The notes under the pieces were generated by a model. It saw nothing but the letters and a program-made list of their open reading frames with translations. It made no database searches and was not told where the DNA came from. A stretch of 32,147 nucleotides of DNA from Bacillota bacterium (GTDB taxonomy: Bacteria; Bacillota; Sulfobacillia; JAJZYS01; JAJYTV01), in NCBI GenBank assembly GCA_021786135.1, contig JAJYNV010000096.1:1-32147 (forward strand), in the 5' to 3' direction. The translations under genes and the position numbers were made by a program. This document shows, one piece after another, positions 23,311 to 32,147 of this stretch (positions are counted from its first letter, which is position 1; each line of letters starts with the position of its first letter).

Positions 23311-24228
23311 TTATCGGACCGACGCCCGCGCGCCAAGGTCTTCTCGCACCGAGGCGCGCACACGGACAAGTGCGGCGAAGGCGAGGGCCTTGGCCGCGGG
23401 CTGCGGTGGAAGGATGAGGTAAATGCTTCGCTGCAGGGGATGACCGGAGATGCGGACGGCGTGCAGGCCTTCCGCAGCCGCCCCTCGCAGGCTTGCCAGA
23501 GAGACGAAGCCGCATCCGACTCCCGAGCGTACCGACGCGAGCAGGGCCTGGGCGGAGGAGACGGTGAGCATGATGCGGCGATGCGCGAAGTCTGGCGCGA
23601 TGCCGGCGAGGGCCTCTTCGACCGTGCGCCGCGTGCCTGAGCCTTCACCGCGCTCCACGAAATTCTGCCGGCAGAGTACGTCGAGCGGCATCTCCGGCTG
23701 ATCGCAGTAGGGATGATGGTCGCCGACCACGAGCACAAGCTCGTCCGTCCCGACCGCTTCAGAACGCAGGAGCCCCGGTGCCGGGAGGTGTCCCGTGAAC
23801 CCTGCGTCGCAGTGCCCCAGGAGCACGCATTCCTCGACGGCGCGCGAATCCATGATGTGCAGTTGGGTGCGCAGTTCCGGCTGGCCGTCGGTGAACTCCG
23901 CCAGAAGTCCCGGGACGAAGCCCTCTCCGGGGGTGGTGCTGGCAGCGACGTGGAGGTCGCCGTGCAGCAGCCAGGGCCTCTGGATCCTGGCGCGCAGGTC
24001 GGCTTCTGCGGCCAGGGCCGTCTCGGCAAAGTGCAGGAACTCGAGTCCGGCCGGCGTCGGGCTCACCGTGCGCGATCCTCGCACAAGGAGCGGTGTGCCC
24101 AGTTCCGACTCGAGACCTTGAATCCTTCGCGATACGGTGGGCTGGGAGCAGTGCGCCTCGCGTGCGGCCCGACTCAGGCTGCCACCGCGCATGACTGCGC
24201 TGAAGAGCCGCAGGTCTTGTAGGTCCAT
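23311..24228 (-). CDS. LysR-family transcriptional regulator (upstream of fdxA, divergent from nuoA)
   Basis: The HTH is MDLQDLRLFSAVMRGGSLSRAAREAHCSQPTVSRRIQGLESELGTPLLVRGSRTVSPTPAG. A LysR substrate-binding domain follows. There is a 24-nt gap to the ferredoxin start. Confidence 0.85.
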   Translation of the reverse strand: MDLQDLRLFSAVMRGGSLSRAAREAHCSQPTVSRRIQGLESELGTPLLVRGSRTVSPTPAGLEFLHFAETALAAEADLRARIQRPWLLHGDLHVAASTTPGEGFVPGLLAEFTDGQPELRTQLHIMDSRAVEECVLLGHCDAGFTGHLPAPGLLRSEAVGTDELVLVVGDHHPYCDQPEMPLDVLCRQNFVERGEGSGTRRTVEEALAGIAPDFAHRRIMLTVSSAQALLASVRSGVGCGFVSLASLRGAAAEGLHAVRISGHPLQRSIYLILPPQPAAKALAFAALVRVRASVREDLGARASVR

Positions 24229-24250
24229 GTCTGCCCCCTATGCGATGCGG

Positions 24251-24269
24251 GTATGCGCGGCACCGATAC
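24251..24269. promoter_or_regulatory. GTAT-N11-ATAC dyad (LTTR T-N11-A type box) upstream of the LysR gene
   Basis: GTATgcgcggcaccgATAC lies at 24251-24269, 23 nt upstream of the LysR start codon. Confidence 0.3.
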
Positions 24270-24897
24270 TTCCTGCCCTAAACGCATGGTACCTCGCTCG
24301 CAACCGCGGTGCAGCATGCAGGAAGATGCAACGCCGCTGGACATCCTGCACCAAGGAGAGATTGTCGCCGCCATCATGTCACGCAGCAGCCTGTCTTCTT
24401 CGTATTAAAAGGAGACGCGCAGGGAGATGCTGTGCGGTGGGATGAAAAGGCAAGCCAAAAGCCAAGCCCGGCGAGTCGCACCGTGCAGAGCCTGTCGGGA
24501 AGATGTTTGCGACGTTCCGCCAGAGGCCGGAAAGTGCGACGGCTGGACCCTCCAGTCGGTGATAAGATGAAACAGACTCGAGACTTGACCCACATGGCGC
24601 AGGGTGGCTCGTGACTGCAGCAAAAGCGTCGGTTTGGATTTATGGCGATGGGTCAGGACGCACGTATTGCCCTGCGCGCGTTTGACGAGATGAAGCAGCG
24701 AGAATAATAGTGTCTAGAAATATCAGTAAATAACTCATGTATTGTGTACTTATCGGTGCCTTGGGTAGGAGCCCATCGGGTGGTACGCCCCAGACGCTGG
24801 AGGCAATGGGCCGTTTTTGGGCCAAGCAGTTGTCGTTCCCACACTTCTGGCCGTGTGATACACTGTCCGTTGGACTCCGAACGGTGGGGGTGGGCGC

Positions 24898-25257
24898 ATG
24901 CTCTCGCAATACTTCCCGATCGCTTTGTACATTGCCGTCGCACTTGTCATAACCGCAGGTGTGCTCGGCGCGTCTCGCATGCTCGGACCGCGCAAGCCGT
25001 CGGCCAAGAAGCTGGCGACGTACGAGTGCGGCATCATTCCCGAGACATCCGTTGGTCCCAGGTTCTCCGTCAAGTTTTACCTCGTCGCGATGCTCTTCAT
25101 GATCTTCGACGTCGAGGCTGTGTCGTTTTATCCCTGGGCCGTGCTGATGCACAAGCTCCGCCTCTTCGGACTCATGGAGATGGTCCTCTTCATCATCGTG
25201 CTGGCCATCGGCTACGCGTACGTGTGGAAGAGAGGGGGATTCCAGTGGCAGGAGTAG
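24898..25257 (+). CDS. nuoA: NADH-quinone oxidoreductase subunit A
   Basis: The translation [45 protein letters not shown] is a typical NuoA/ND3 sequence. Confidence 0.9.
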   Translation: MLSQYFPIALYIAVALVITAGVLGASRMLGPRKPSAKKLATYECGIIPETSVGPRFSVKFYLVAMLFMIFDVEAVSFYPWAVLMHKLRLFGLMEMVLFIIVLAIGYAYVWKRGGFQWQE

Positions 25258-25751
25258 AGGATCGCCCCATCCTCTTTGCGAGCGTCAAGAAGCTCGCGCA
25301 GTGGGCACAATCCGGCTCGTTGTGGCCGGCTCAGTTCGGCCTCGCATGCTGCGCCATCGAGATGATGGCGACAGCTGCTTCGCGTTTTGACCTGTCCCGG
25401 TTTGGCGCCGAGGTCATGCGCGCGTCGCCCCGGCAGGCGGACGTGATGATCGTCGCGGGTCGCGTCTCCCAGAAGATGGCTCCTATCGTGCGCGAGCTCT
25501 ACGACCAGATGCCGGAGCCGAAGTGGGTCATCGCGATGGGGGCGTGTGCCTCAGTCGGCGGCGTCTTCAACAACTACGCCGTGGTTCAGGGTGTCGACCG
25601 CGTCGTGCCAGTGGATATCTATGTCCCCGGTTGCCCTCCGACGCCGGAGGGGTTGCTTGAGGCGGTCATGCAGCTGCAGAAGAAGATCCGCATGGGCGGA
25701 CGCCCAATGGCGCCGGTGATGCCGTCGCCCGAGGAGGTGGCCCACGCGTGA
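25245..25751 (+). CDS. nuoB: NADH-quinone oxidoreductase subunit B
   Basis: GTG at 25245 follows AGAGGGGGA and overlaps nuoA by 13 nt. Blocks present are [31 protein letters not shown] and PGCPPTPE. Only the tail of track ORF 24744..25751 is real. Confidence 0.9.
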   Translation: MAGVEDRPILFASVKKLAQWAQSGSLWPAQFGLACCAIEMMATAASRFDLSRFGAEVMRASPRQADVMIVAGRVSQKMAPIVRELYDQMPEPKWVIAMGACASVGGVFNNYAVVQGVDRVVPVDIYVPGCPPTPEGLLEAVMQLQKKIRMGGRPMAPVMPSPEEVAHA

Positions 25752-26215
25752 AGGAGATCCTCGATGCTCTGCAGGAGACGTTCGGCGAGCGCGTGACCGT
25801 GTCGGAAGAGCTCGGACAGACCGTGGTCCAGTTGCCCGCGGCTGAGATCGTGAGCGTTGTCACATTCCTGAAGTCCCAGGGATTCAACATGCTGATCGAC
25901 ATCACGGCGGTGGACCGCCTGGGGCGCGAACCGCGCTTCGATGTCGTCTACCACGTCTACCATCTGGAGCGGAAGACATGGCTGCGGCTAAAGGTTCAGG
26001 TGGGCGGGGATGAGCCGACCGTGCCGAGCATCGCGCACGTCTACGCTTCGGCCAACTGGGCCGAACGCGAGTGCTACGACATGTTCGGCGTGCGCTTCCG
26101 CGGCCACCCCAACCTCAAGCGCATCCTCATGCCCGATGACTGGAACGGCCACCCGCTGCGCAAGGACTACCCCTTGACGGGGTTCGATCCCTTGCCGCCG
26201 CTGGTGCACGAGTAA
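25748..26215 (+). CDS. nuoC: NADH-quinone oxidoreductase subunit C
   Basis: GTG at 25748 overlaps the nuoB stop (GTGA). Blocks present are [37 protein letters not shown] and HPLRKDYPL. Confidence 0.9.
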   Translation: MKEILDALQETFGERVTVSEELGQTVVQLPAAEIVSVVTFLKSQGFNMLIDITAVDRLGREPRFDVVYHVYHLERKTWLRLKVQVGGDEPTVPSIAHVYASANWAERECYDMFGVRFRGHPNLKRILMPDDWNGHPLRKDYPLTGFDPLPPLVHE

Positions 26216-26228
26216 GGGGGGAATCGGC

Positions 26229-27440
26229 ATGGCGGAAATCGAGACGACCTTCGGCCAGGTCGACCCCGAGACCGGTCTCAAGCCCATGGTGATCAACCTT
26301 GGCCCGCAGCACCCGAGCACGCACGGCGTGCTTCGCGTTCGTCTGGCCCTGGACGGCGAACAGGTGCGTGCGTGCGAGCCGATCATCGGCTATTTGCACA
26401 CCGGCATCGAGAAGAACTGCGAAGACTTGACCTTCAACCAGGCGATCACACTTACAGACCGCATGGACTACCTATCCCCGATCACGAACAACTTCGGCTA
26501 CGTGCTCGGCGTCGAGAAGCTGCTCGGCGTCGAGGTGCCGAAGCGCTGCCAGTACATCCGCGTCATGTTCGCGGAGCTCTCGCGCCTTGCGAGCCACCTC
26601 GTCTGGCTTGGCACGAGTGCCATGGACATGGGTGCGATGTCGCCCTTCTTCTACACCATGCAGCAACGCGAGCAGATCCTCGACCTGATCGAGATGTCCG
26701 CGGGCACGCGTATGAACCCGAGCTACTTCCGCGTCGGCGGCCTTCTCAACGACCTGCCGCCGGGATTCGAGGAGAAGCTGCGCGCGTTCCTCGACGGCTT
26801 CCCGCACTGGCTCAAGGAGTATTACGCACTGCTTGACCGCAACCCGATCTGGGTGGAGCGCCTCAAGGGCACGGCGCCGATCTCGGCCGAACAGGCCCTG
26901 GACTACGGCTGGACAGGACCGCTGCTGCGCGCGTGCGGCGTCGACCGCGACCTGCGCAAGACGAACCCGTACTCGTCCTACGAGGACTTCGATTTCGCAG
27001 TGGTGACCGAAACGGACGGGGACGTCTACGCGCGCTACCATGTGCGGATGCGCGAGATGCAGGAGAGCCTCAAGATCATCCGGCAGGCGATCGACAACCT
27101 TCCGGAAGGCGACTGGCACGTTCCGGGATGGAAGATCTACCCGCCCAACAAGATGGAGATCGGGCGCAACATGGAGGCCCTGATCTACCACTTCAAGCTC
27201 TTCACCGAGGGCATCAGGGTTCCGGCCGGCGAGGTCTACTCGGCGGTCGAGGGCCCGAAGGGCGAGATCGGCTACTTCATTGTGTCCGATGGGTCCGGCA
27301 AGCCATACCGCGTCCGGGCGCGCGGGCCCTCGTTCTACAACCTCCAGGCGCTGCCTGTGATGGTTCAGGACAAGATCCTGGCGGACGTGGTGGCGGCGAT
27401 CGGCTCCATCGACATCGTGCTCGGGGAGGTGGACCGGTGA
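26229..27440 (+). CDS. nuoD: NADH-quinone oxidoreductase subunit D
   Basis: Blocks present are NLGPQHPSTHGVLR, GYLHTGIEK, DRMDYLS, RVPAGEVYSAVEGPKGE and DIVLGEVDR. Confidence 0.95.
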   Translation: MAEIETTFGQVDPETGLKPMVINLGPQHPSTHGVLRVRLALDGEQVRACEPIIGYLHTGIEKNCEDLTFNQAITLTDRMDYLSPITNNFGYVLGVEKLLGVEVPKRCQYIRVMFAELSRLASHLVWLGTSAMDMGAMSPFFYTMQQREQILDLIEMSAGTRMNPSYFRVGGLLNDLPPGFEEKLRAFLDGFPHWLKEYYALLDRNPIWVERLKGTAPISAEQALDYGWTGPLLRACGVDRDLRKTNPYSSYEDFDFAVVTETDGDVYARYHVRMREMQESLKIIRQAIDNLPEGDWHVPGWKIYPPNKMEIGRNMEALIYHFKLFTEGIRVPAGEVYSAVEGPKGEIGYFIVSDGSGKPYRVRARGPSFYNLQALPVMVQDKILADVVAAIGSIDIVLGEVDR

Positions 27441-27919
27441 ACGCAGAGAACCTCGCCAAGGCGAAGGAACTGCTGCATCGCTTCCCCAAGCAGTCCTCGG
27501 CCCTGATTCCGCTGCTGCACCTCGTGGAGGACCAGTTCGGCTACATTCCCGAGGCAGAGGTGCAGGTCGTAGCTGACCTCATGGGCGTGACGCCTGCCTA
27601 CGTCGAGTCGGTGCTGACGTTCTACACACTTTTCCACCGCCAGCCGACCGGGAAGTACCTGATCCAGGTCTGCCGCGGTCTCAGCTGCCAGCTGAATGGC
27701 GCCGACGAACTGTCGCGGTTCCTCTACGACGAGCTGGGCGTGGGGCGCAACGGGACGACGTCGGATGGTCTCTTCACCGTCGAGGAAGTGGAGTGCATCG
27801 CACTCTGCAAGAATGCGCCGGCGGTGCAGATCAATCTTGATTTCTATCCCAACATGACCAGGGAACAGCTGCGTTCCTTCCTGGACAAGGCCGCGAAGGA
27901 GGTCCGGAGCGGTGCCTGA
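27437..27919 (+). CDS. nuoE: NADH-quinone oxidoreductase subunit E
   Basis: GTG at 27437 overlaps the nuoD stop (GTGA). The 2Fe-2S cysteines are present (VCRGLSCQ .. VECIALCKNAP). Only the tail of track ORF 26933..27919 is real. Confidence 0.9.
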   Translation: MNAENLAKAKELLHRFPKQSSALIPLLHLVEDQFGYIPEAEVQVVADLMGVTPAYVESVLTFYTLFHRQPTGKYLIQVCRGLSCQLNGADELSRFLYDELGVGRNGTTSDGLFTVEEVECIALCKNAPAVQINLDFYPNMTREQLRSFLDKAAKEVRSGA

Positions 27920-29192
27920 GAAGCGGCTTCTCTTCAAGAATATCGACGTCCCGGGCATCGACGGAATCGAGGTCTACGAGCAGCACGGCGGCTACCAGTC
28001 GCTGCGCAAGGCCGTCCTCGACATGACCCCCGATGCCGTCCTGCAGGAGGTCATGGCCTCGAACCTGCGCGGTCGCGGTGGTGCAGGCTTCCCGACAGGG
28101 CGCAAGTGGAGCTTCCTGCCGAAGGATGGCCGCACGCGCTATCTCGTCTGCAACGGTGACGAATCCGAGCCTGGCACATGCAAGGACCAGGAGATCATCT
28201 ATCGCATCCCGCACCTTTTGATCGAGGGCGTTGTCACAAGCGCCTACGCGATCGGCGCGGAGGACGCATTCATCTATCTGCGCGGGGAGTTCAAGACGGG
28301 CTACGCCGTGCTCGAGCGCGCCATCGCAGAGGCGCGGGCCAAGGGCTACGTCGGCGACAACGTGCTGGGATCGGGGCGCCGCGTCGAGATTACGCTCTAT
28401 CTGGGCGCCGGAGCCTACATCTGCGGCGAGGAGACAGCCCTGCTTGAGAGCCTCGAGGGCAAGCGGGGCAATCCGCGCCTCAAGCCGCCGTTCCCGGCAA
28501 CCGCCGGTCTCTACAGCATGCCGACCGTCGTGAACAACGTCGAGACGCTCTCGGCCGTGGTGCCGATCATCCAGATGGGCGGCGCCGAGTATGCGAAGCT
28601 CGGCACCGAGCGCAGCGCCGGCACGAAGCTCTTCTCCGTCTCCGGCAACGTTCGCCGGCCAGGGAACTACGAGGTGGAGCTCGGCAAGGTTACGCTGCGC
28701 GAACTGCTGTACGACATCGCCGGCGGTCCGCCCGAGGGGCACGAGTTCAAGGCCGTCATTCCGGGTGGCTCCTCCGTGCCCTTCCTGACGCCCGACAAGT
28801 TCGACACGCCGCTCGACTACGAGTCCCTGCAGGCCGCTGGCACCATGCTCGGTTCCGGCGGAGTCATCGTGCTCGACGACCGGGCGTGCATCGTCGGCTC
28901 CACCCTGCGCCTGATGGAGTTCTACCGGCACGAGTCGTGCGGCAAGTGCACCCCCTGCCGGGAGGGCACCATGTGGCTCAACCAGGTGCTTCAGCGCCTC
29001 GAGTCCGGCGAAGGCCGTCCGGGTGACCTCGAGACGCTTGCGGACCTGTGCAGCAACATCGACGGTCAGACCTTCTGCCCGCTGGGCGACGCCGCGATCG
29101 GCGCCCTCGCCTCCGGGCTCAAGCTGTTCCATGACGAATACGAGGCGCACATCACCAAGGGCGGCTGCCCGATGGGGGAGGTAGTGCGTTGA
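27912..29192 (+). CDS. nuoF: NADH-quinone oxidoreductase subunit F
   Basis: Blocks present are GRGGAGFPTGRKW, CNGDESEPGTCKD, GAGAYICGEETALLESLEG and ESCGKCTPCREG. It overlaps nuoE by 8 nt. Confidence 0.95.
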   Translation: MPEKRLLFKNIDVPGIDGIEVYEQHGGYQSLRKAVLDMTPDAVLQEVMASNLRGRGGAGFPTGRKWSFLPKDGRTRYLVCNGDESEPGTCKDQEIIYRIPHLLIEGVVTSAYAIGAEDAFIYLRGEFKTGYAVLERAIAEARAKGYVGDNVLGSGRRVEITLYLGAGAYICGEETALLESLEGKRGNPRLKPPFPATAGLYSMPTVVNNVETLSAVVPIIQMGGAEYAKLGTERSAGTKLFSVSGNVRRPGNYEVELGKVTLRELLYDIAGGPPEGHEFKAVIPGGSSVPFLTPDKFDTPLDYESLQAAGTMLGSGGVIVLDDRACIVGSTLRLMEFYRHESCGKCTPCREGTMWLNQVLQRLESGEGRPGDLETLADLCSNIDGQTFCPLGDAAIGALASGLKLFHDEYEAHITKGGCPMGEVVR

Positions 29193-31186
29193 TTACCCTT
29201 ACGATCGACGGCCGGGAGGTACAGGTCGAGCCCGGGACCTTGATCCTCGACGCCGCCAAGCAGGCGGGTATCGACATTCCCGTCTTCTGCTACCATCCGC
29301 GCATGGATCCGGTGGCGGCCTGCCGCATGTGTCTCGTGCGCATCGAGAAGATGCCGAAGCTGCAGCCGGCCTGTGCGACCCCGGTGGCGGAGGGCATGGT
29401 CGTCCACACGGACACCGACGAGGTGCGCAAGTCGCACGCGGGCGTGCTCGAGTTCCTGCTCGCGAATCATCCCCTCGACTGCCCCGTCTGCGACAAGGGC
29501 GGCGAGTGCGAGCTGCAGGACAACTCGATCCGCTACGGGCCGAACCTGACGCGCTTCGCCGATCACAAGCGCCACCTCGACAAGGCGCGGCCACTCGGAC
29601 CGATCGTCGAACTCGACCAGGAGCGCTGCATCCAGTGCATGCGCTGCGTTCGCTTCATGCAGGAAGTGGCCGGCGATCCTGTGCTGACACTGCATGACCG
29701 AGGCGGCCACGCGGTCGTCGACGTCGCCGAAGGGCGCACCTTCGACTCGATCTTCTCCGGCAACACCATCGAGATCTGCCCCGTCGGCGCCCTCACGTCG
29801 CGGCCATACCGCTTCAAGGCCCGCCCGTGGGACCTCGACGAGGTCGAGTCGATCTGCCCGCACTGCCCAGTCGGCTGCAACATTCGGCTGTCGCTGCGCC
29901 ATGGCGAGGTAAAGCGCATCCTGTCGCGGGACAACGAGGAGATCGACTGGGGCTGGCTCTGCGACCGCGGTCGCTTCGGGTACGGATTCGTGCACGAGGG
30001 CGTCCGGGTCACCGAGCCCCTCATCCGCCGTGGCGACAGGCTCGCTCCGGTGTCATGGCCCGAGGCGATCGCCGCTGTCGGGAACGGCATGAAGGGCCGG
30101 GTCGGTGCGCTTGGCGGGGGCCGCAGCTCGCTCGAGGCCCAGTACCTGATGCGTCGCTGGATGGAAGAGAAGCTGGGATCGAGGAACGTCGACCACCGCG
30201 TCCTGCCGCTGACAACGGCCATTGCGCCGGGACAGGTCGGCCGCATCGACGACGTGAACGACGCAGACCTTGTGCTGGCGCTCGACGCCGAACTGAACGA
30301 AGAGGCCCCGGTGCTCAGCCTGCGGCTGCGACGCTTTGCGCGCGGCGGCCTGCGCATCGTGAGCATCTCAGAGCGCACGGGTCTTCTCGACATGCCCCAC
30401 CAAGACGTAATGACGGGAAACGTCGCCCAGACCCTAGCGCAGATCGCGAAGGGCGAGGGTGAGGTCGGCGAGGCCTTCCTCAAGGCGAAGAAAGTGCTGA
30501 TGATCTGGAGCGGACGCGGACACGACGTGACTGACGCGATCGAGGCTGCCGTCCATGCGCGCTCCGGTGAGACCTACACCATGGTGGTGGGTGGTCTCGC
30601 CAATTCGTTCGGTGCCCAGGCGGTGGGTCTCGTGCCCGGCGAGGGTGGGCTCGACACGAGGTCGATGCTCGAGGCGGCCGCGAAGGGCGAGCTCGACGGC
30701 CTGTTCCTGCTGGCGCAGGAACTCGACGAGTTCCCCGACCAGGAGCTTGTCGCGTCGGCCTTGAGCCAGCTCAAGTTCCTGGCTGTGGCGCAGGTGGTGC
30801 CGAGTGCCTTGACGGAACGCGCCGACGTGGTTCTGCCTCTCGCTGCGTGGGCCGAGTCGGATGGGCACTTCGTGAACATGGAGGGGCGTGCGCAGCGGTA
30901 CTATGCCGGCGCGACCCGCCCGAGCGGCGTCTACGACGACTGGCAGCTCATGGCGGAGCTCCTGGGGGTCGCCTGGGGACAGGAAGAGACGGCAGCCGCC
31001 GTCCGGTCCGAACTGCCTTCCCTGTTCGAGGCGCACCGCCGCGATGGAGTACCGCAGCCCACGGGCGGCTACGAACCCGTGGCGCGGGCACCTGTCCAGG
31101 CAAGCATCTACCACAAGGGTGTAACACCCGATCCGTTCCTGCGCTCGCTCGGGCCGCAGGCGGAGCTCGCTGGGAGGGCAGAGTAG
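29189..31186 (+). CDS. nuoG: NADH-quinone oxidoreductase subunit G
   Basis: TTG at 29189 overlaps the nuoF stop. The N-terminal 2Fe-2S and 4Fe-4S cysteine patterns are present (CYHPRMDPVAACRMC; HPLDCPVCDKGGECELQ; CIQCMRCVRF; CPVGAL; CPHCPVGCN). A molybdopterin-oxidoreductase-like domain follows. Confidence 0.9.
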   Translation: MITLTIDGREVQVEPGTLILDAAKQAGIDIPVFCYHPRMDPVAACRMCLVRIEKMPKLQPACATPVAEGMVVHTDTDEVRKSHAGVLEFLLANHPLDCPVCDKGGECELQDNSIRYGPNLTRFADHKRHLDKARPLGPIVELDQERCIQCMRCVRFMQEVAGDPVLTLHDRGGHAVVDVAEGRTFDSIFSGNTIEICPVGALTSRPYRFKARPWDLDEVESICPHCPVGCNIRLSLRHGEVKRILSRDNEEIDWGWLCDRGRFGYGFVHEGVRVTEPLIRRGDRLAPVSWPEAIAAVGNGMKGRVGALGGGRSSLEAQYLMRRWMEEKLGSRNVDHRVLPLTTAIAPGQVGRIDDVNDADLVLALDAELNEEAPVLSLRLRRFARGGLRIVSISERTGLLDMPHQDVMTGNVAQTLAQIAKGEGEVGEAFLKAKKVLMIWSGRGHDVTDAIEAAVHARSGETYTMVVGGLANSFGAQAVGLVPGEGGLDTRSMLEAAAKGELDGLFLLAQELDEFPDQELVASALSQLKFLAVAQVVPSALTERADVVLPLAAWAESDGHFVNMEGRAQRYYAGATRPSGVYDDWQLMAELLGVAWGQEETAAAVRSELPSLFEAHRRDGVPQPTGGYEPVARAPVQASIYHKGVTPDPFLRSLGPQAELAGRAE

Positions 31187-31187
31187 A

Positions 31188-32147
31188 ATGCTCACAGTCA
31201 TTCTCATCTTGGTCAAGGGCCTGATCACGGCCGTGCTGCTGCTCTCCGCGTTCGGCTTGATGACATGGATCGAGCGCAAGGTGCTGGCTCGCTTCCAGTT
31301 CCGGCCCGGGCCGAACCGCCTGGGGCCCGCCGGTGTCATGCAGTTCGTGGCAGATGGACTCAAGCTGGTATTCAAGGAAGAGATCATTCCGACCGCGGCG
31401 GACCGCTTCATCTACCTCCTTGCGCCGCTCATCTCCCTGACGGCGGCGCTGGTGGCGTTTGCGGTCATTCCGTGGGGACCGCCGATCCACATCTTCGGCC
31501 AGACGGTGCCGATGGAGATCGGCGGGCCGAATATCGGCATCCTCTTCATCTTCGCCGTGACATCGCTCGGCGTGTACGGACTGATCCTCGGCGGCTGGGC
31601 TTCGGCGAACAAGTACAGCCTGCTCGGCGGTCTGCGATCGACGGCGCAGATCATCTCCTACGAACTGGCGATGGGCCTTGCAGTGACGGGCGTTCTGCTC
31701 GCGGCGGGATCCGCCGATCTCAACACGATCATCGCGAAGCAGTACCACCTGTGGTTCATCGTGCCGCAGATCGTCGGCTTCATCATCTACGTGATCACGA
31801 TGGTCGCCGAGACGAACCGCACTCCCTTCGACCTGCCGGAAGCGGAGAACGAGCTCGTGGCTGGTTACCACACGGAGTACACGGGTCTCAAGTGGGCCAT
31901 GTTCATGATGGCCGAGTACATCAACATGATTACGGTATCCGGTCTCGCAACGACACTCTTCCTCGGTGGCTGGCACGGTCCGTGGCTGCCGCCGGAGATC
32001 TGGTTCCTGATCAAGGTCGCGGCGTTCATGTACTTCTTCATCTGGCTGCGGGCGACGCTGCCTCGGCTGCGTTACGACCGCCTCATGGCCTTCGGCTGGA
32101 AAGTGCTTCTGCCGGTGGCCCTTCTCAACACGCTTGCGACCGCCGTC
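31188..32147 (+). CDS. nuoH: NADH-quinone oxidoreductase subunit H; C-terminal end cut by the window edge
   Basis: Not in the ORF track. ATG at 31188 lies 1 nt after the nuoG stop, and the frame is open to the window end. Blocks present are ERKVLARFQFRPGPNRLGPAGVMQFVADGLKL, GWASANKYSLLGGLRSTAQIISYE, ETNRTPFDLPEAENELVAGYHTEY and LPRLRYDRLM. Confidence 0.9.
   Translation, partial: MLTVILILVKGLITAVLLLSAFGLMTWIERKVLARFQFRPGPNRLGPAGVMQFVADGLKLVFKEEIIPTAADRFIYLLAPLISLTAALVAFAVIPWGPPIHIFGQTVPMEIGGPNIGILFIFAVTSLGVYGLILGGWASANKYSLLGGLRSTAQIISYELAMGLAVTGVLLAAGSADLNTIIAKQYHLWFIVPQIVGFIIYVITMVAETNRTPFDLPEAENELVAGYHTEYTGLKWAMFMMAEYINMITVSGLATTLFLGGWHGPWLPPEIWFLIKVAAFMYFFIWLRATLPRLRYDRLMAFGWKVLLPVALLNTLATAV

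Noticed and set aside
26472-31976. Long antisense ORFs inside the nuo operon: 26472..27191, 27831..29150, 29066..29995, 29563..30483, 30434..31411 and 30948..31976.
   Set aside because: All are opposite or out of frame to unmistakable NuoD-H coding sequence. All have R/A/G/P-rich translations.
1-32147. A search by eye for CRISPR arrays, long tandem repeats, rRNA or tRNA genes, integrases, transposases and known defence-system genes.
   Set aside because: None was found. The only repeats are short regulatory-scale dyads or direct repeats and the imperfect codon-level repeats inside the GH18 linker and the Asp-box protein.

Overview
This is a high-GC bacterial chromosomal window (roughly two-thirds GC, strong GGAGG-type ribosome-binding sites). 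It is densely coding and mostly ordinary. All family calls come from motif recognition by eye; nothing was searched.

Gene content, left to right:
- An IclR regulator and hutU, with hutU cut by the left edge.
- A co-directional SDR / QueA-paralog / GAF histidine kinase / NarL-type regulator cluster.
- An orphan thioredoxin-type arsC.
- A small membrane-protein gene, followed by a lower-GC islet at about 7815-8680.
- A GH18-like lipoprotein.
- A MarR plus 14-TMS MFS efflux pair, divergent from a FemX-like transferase.
- A LysR regulator.
- A MoxR / DUF58 / transglutaminase operon.
- An ECF sigma factor with a membrane partner carrying 12 Asp-box (BNR) repeats.
- A Mug-like glycosylase, divergent from a DUF6884-like gene.
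- A LysR plus 7Fe-ferredoxin pair.
- The start of the NADH:quinone oxidoreductase operon, nuoA to nuoH, with nuoH cut by the right edge.

Many long ORFs in the supplied track are Arg/Ala/Gly/Pro-rich shadow frames of these genes, and I rejected them. hutU and nuoH are missing from the track because they run off the window.

I found no CRISPR array, tRNA, rRNA, intact mobile element or recognisable defence system. The only stretch that ordinary genes do not explain is the islet at about 7815-8680. It holds a 3' gene fragment, back-to-back promoter boxes close to consensus, a perfect intrinsic terminator, a possible ~105-nt RNA or a small Cys/His/Ser-rich ORF, and a GATC cluster.

Secondary curiosities:
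- The QueA paralog is translationally coupled to an SDR and followed by a two-component system.
- The GH18 domain has Gln where the catalytic Glu normally sits.
- The Mug-like protein lacks the catalytic Asn.
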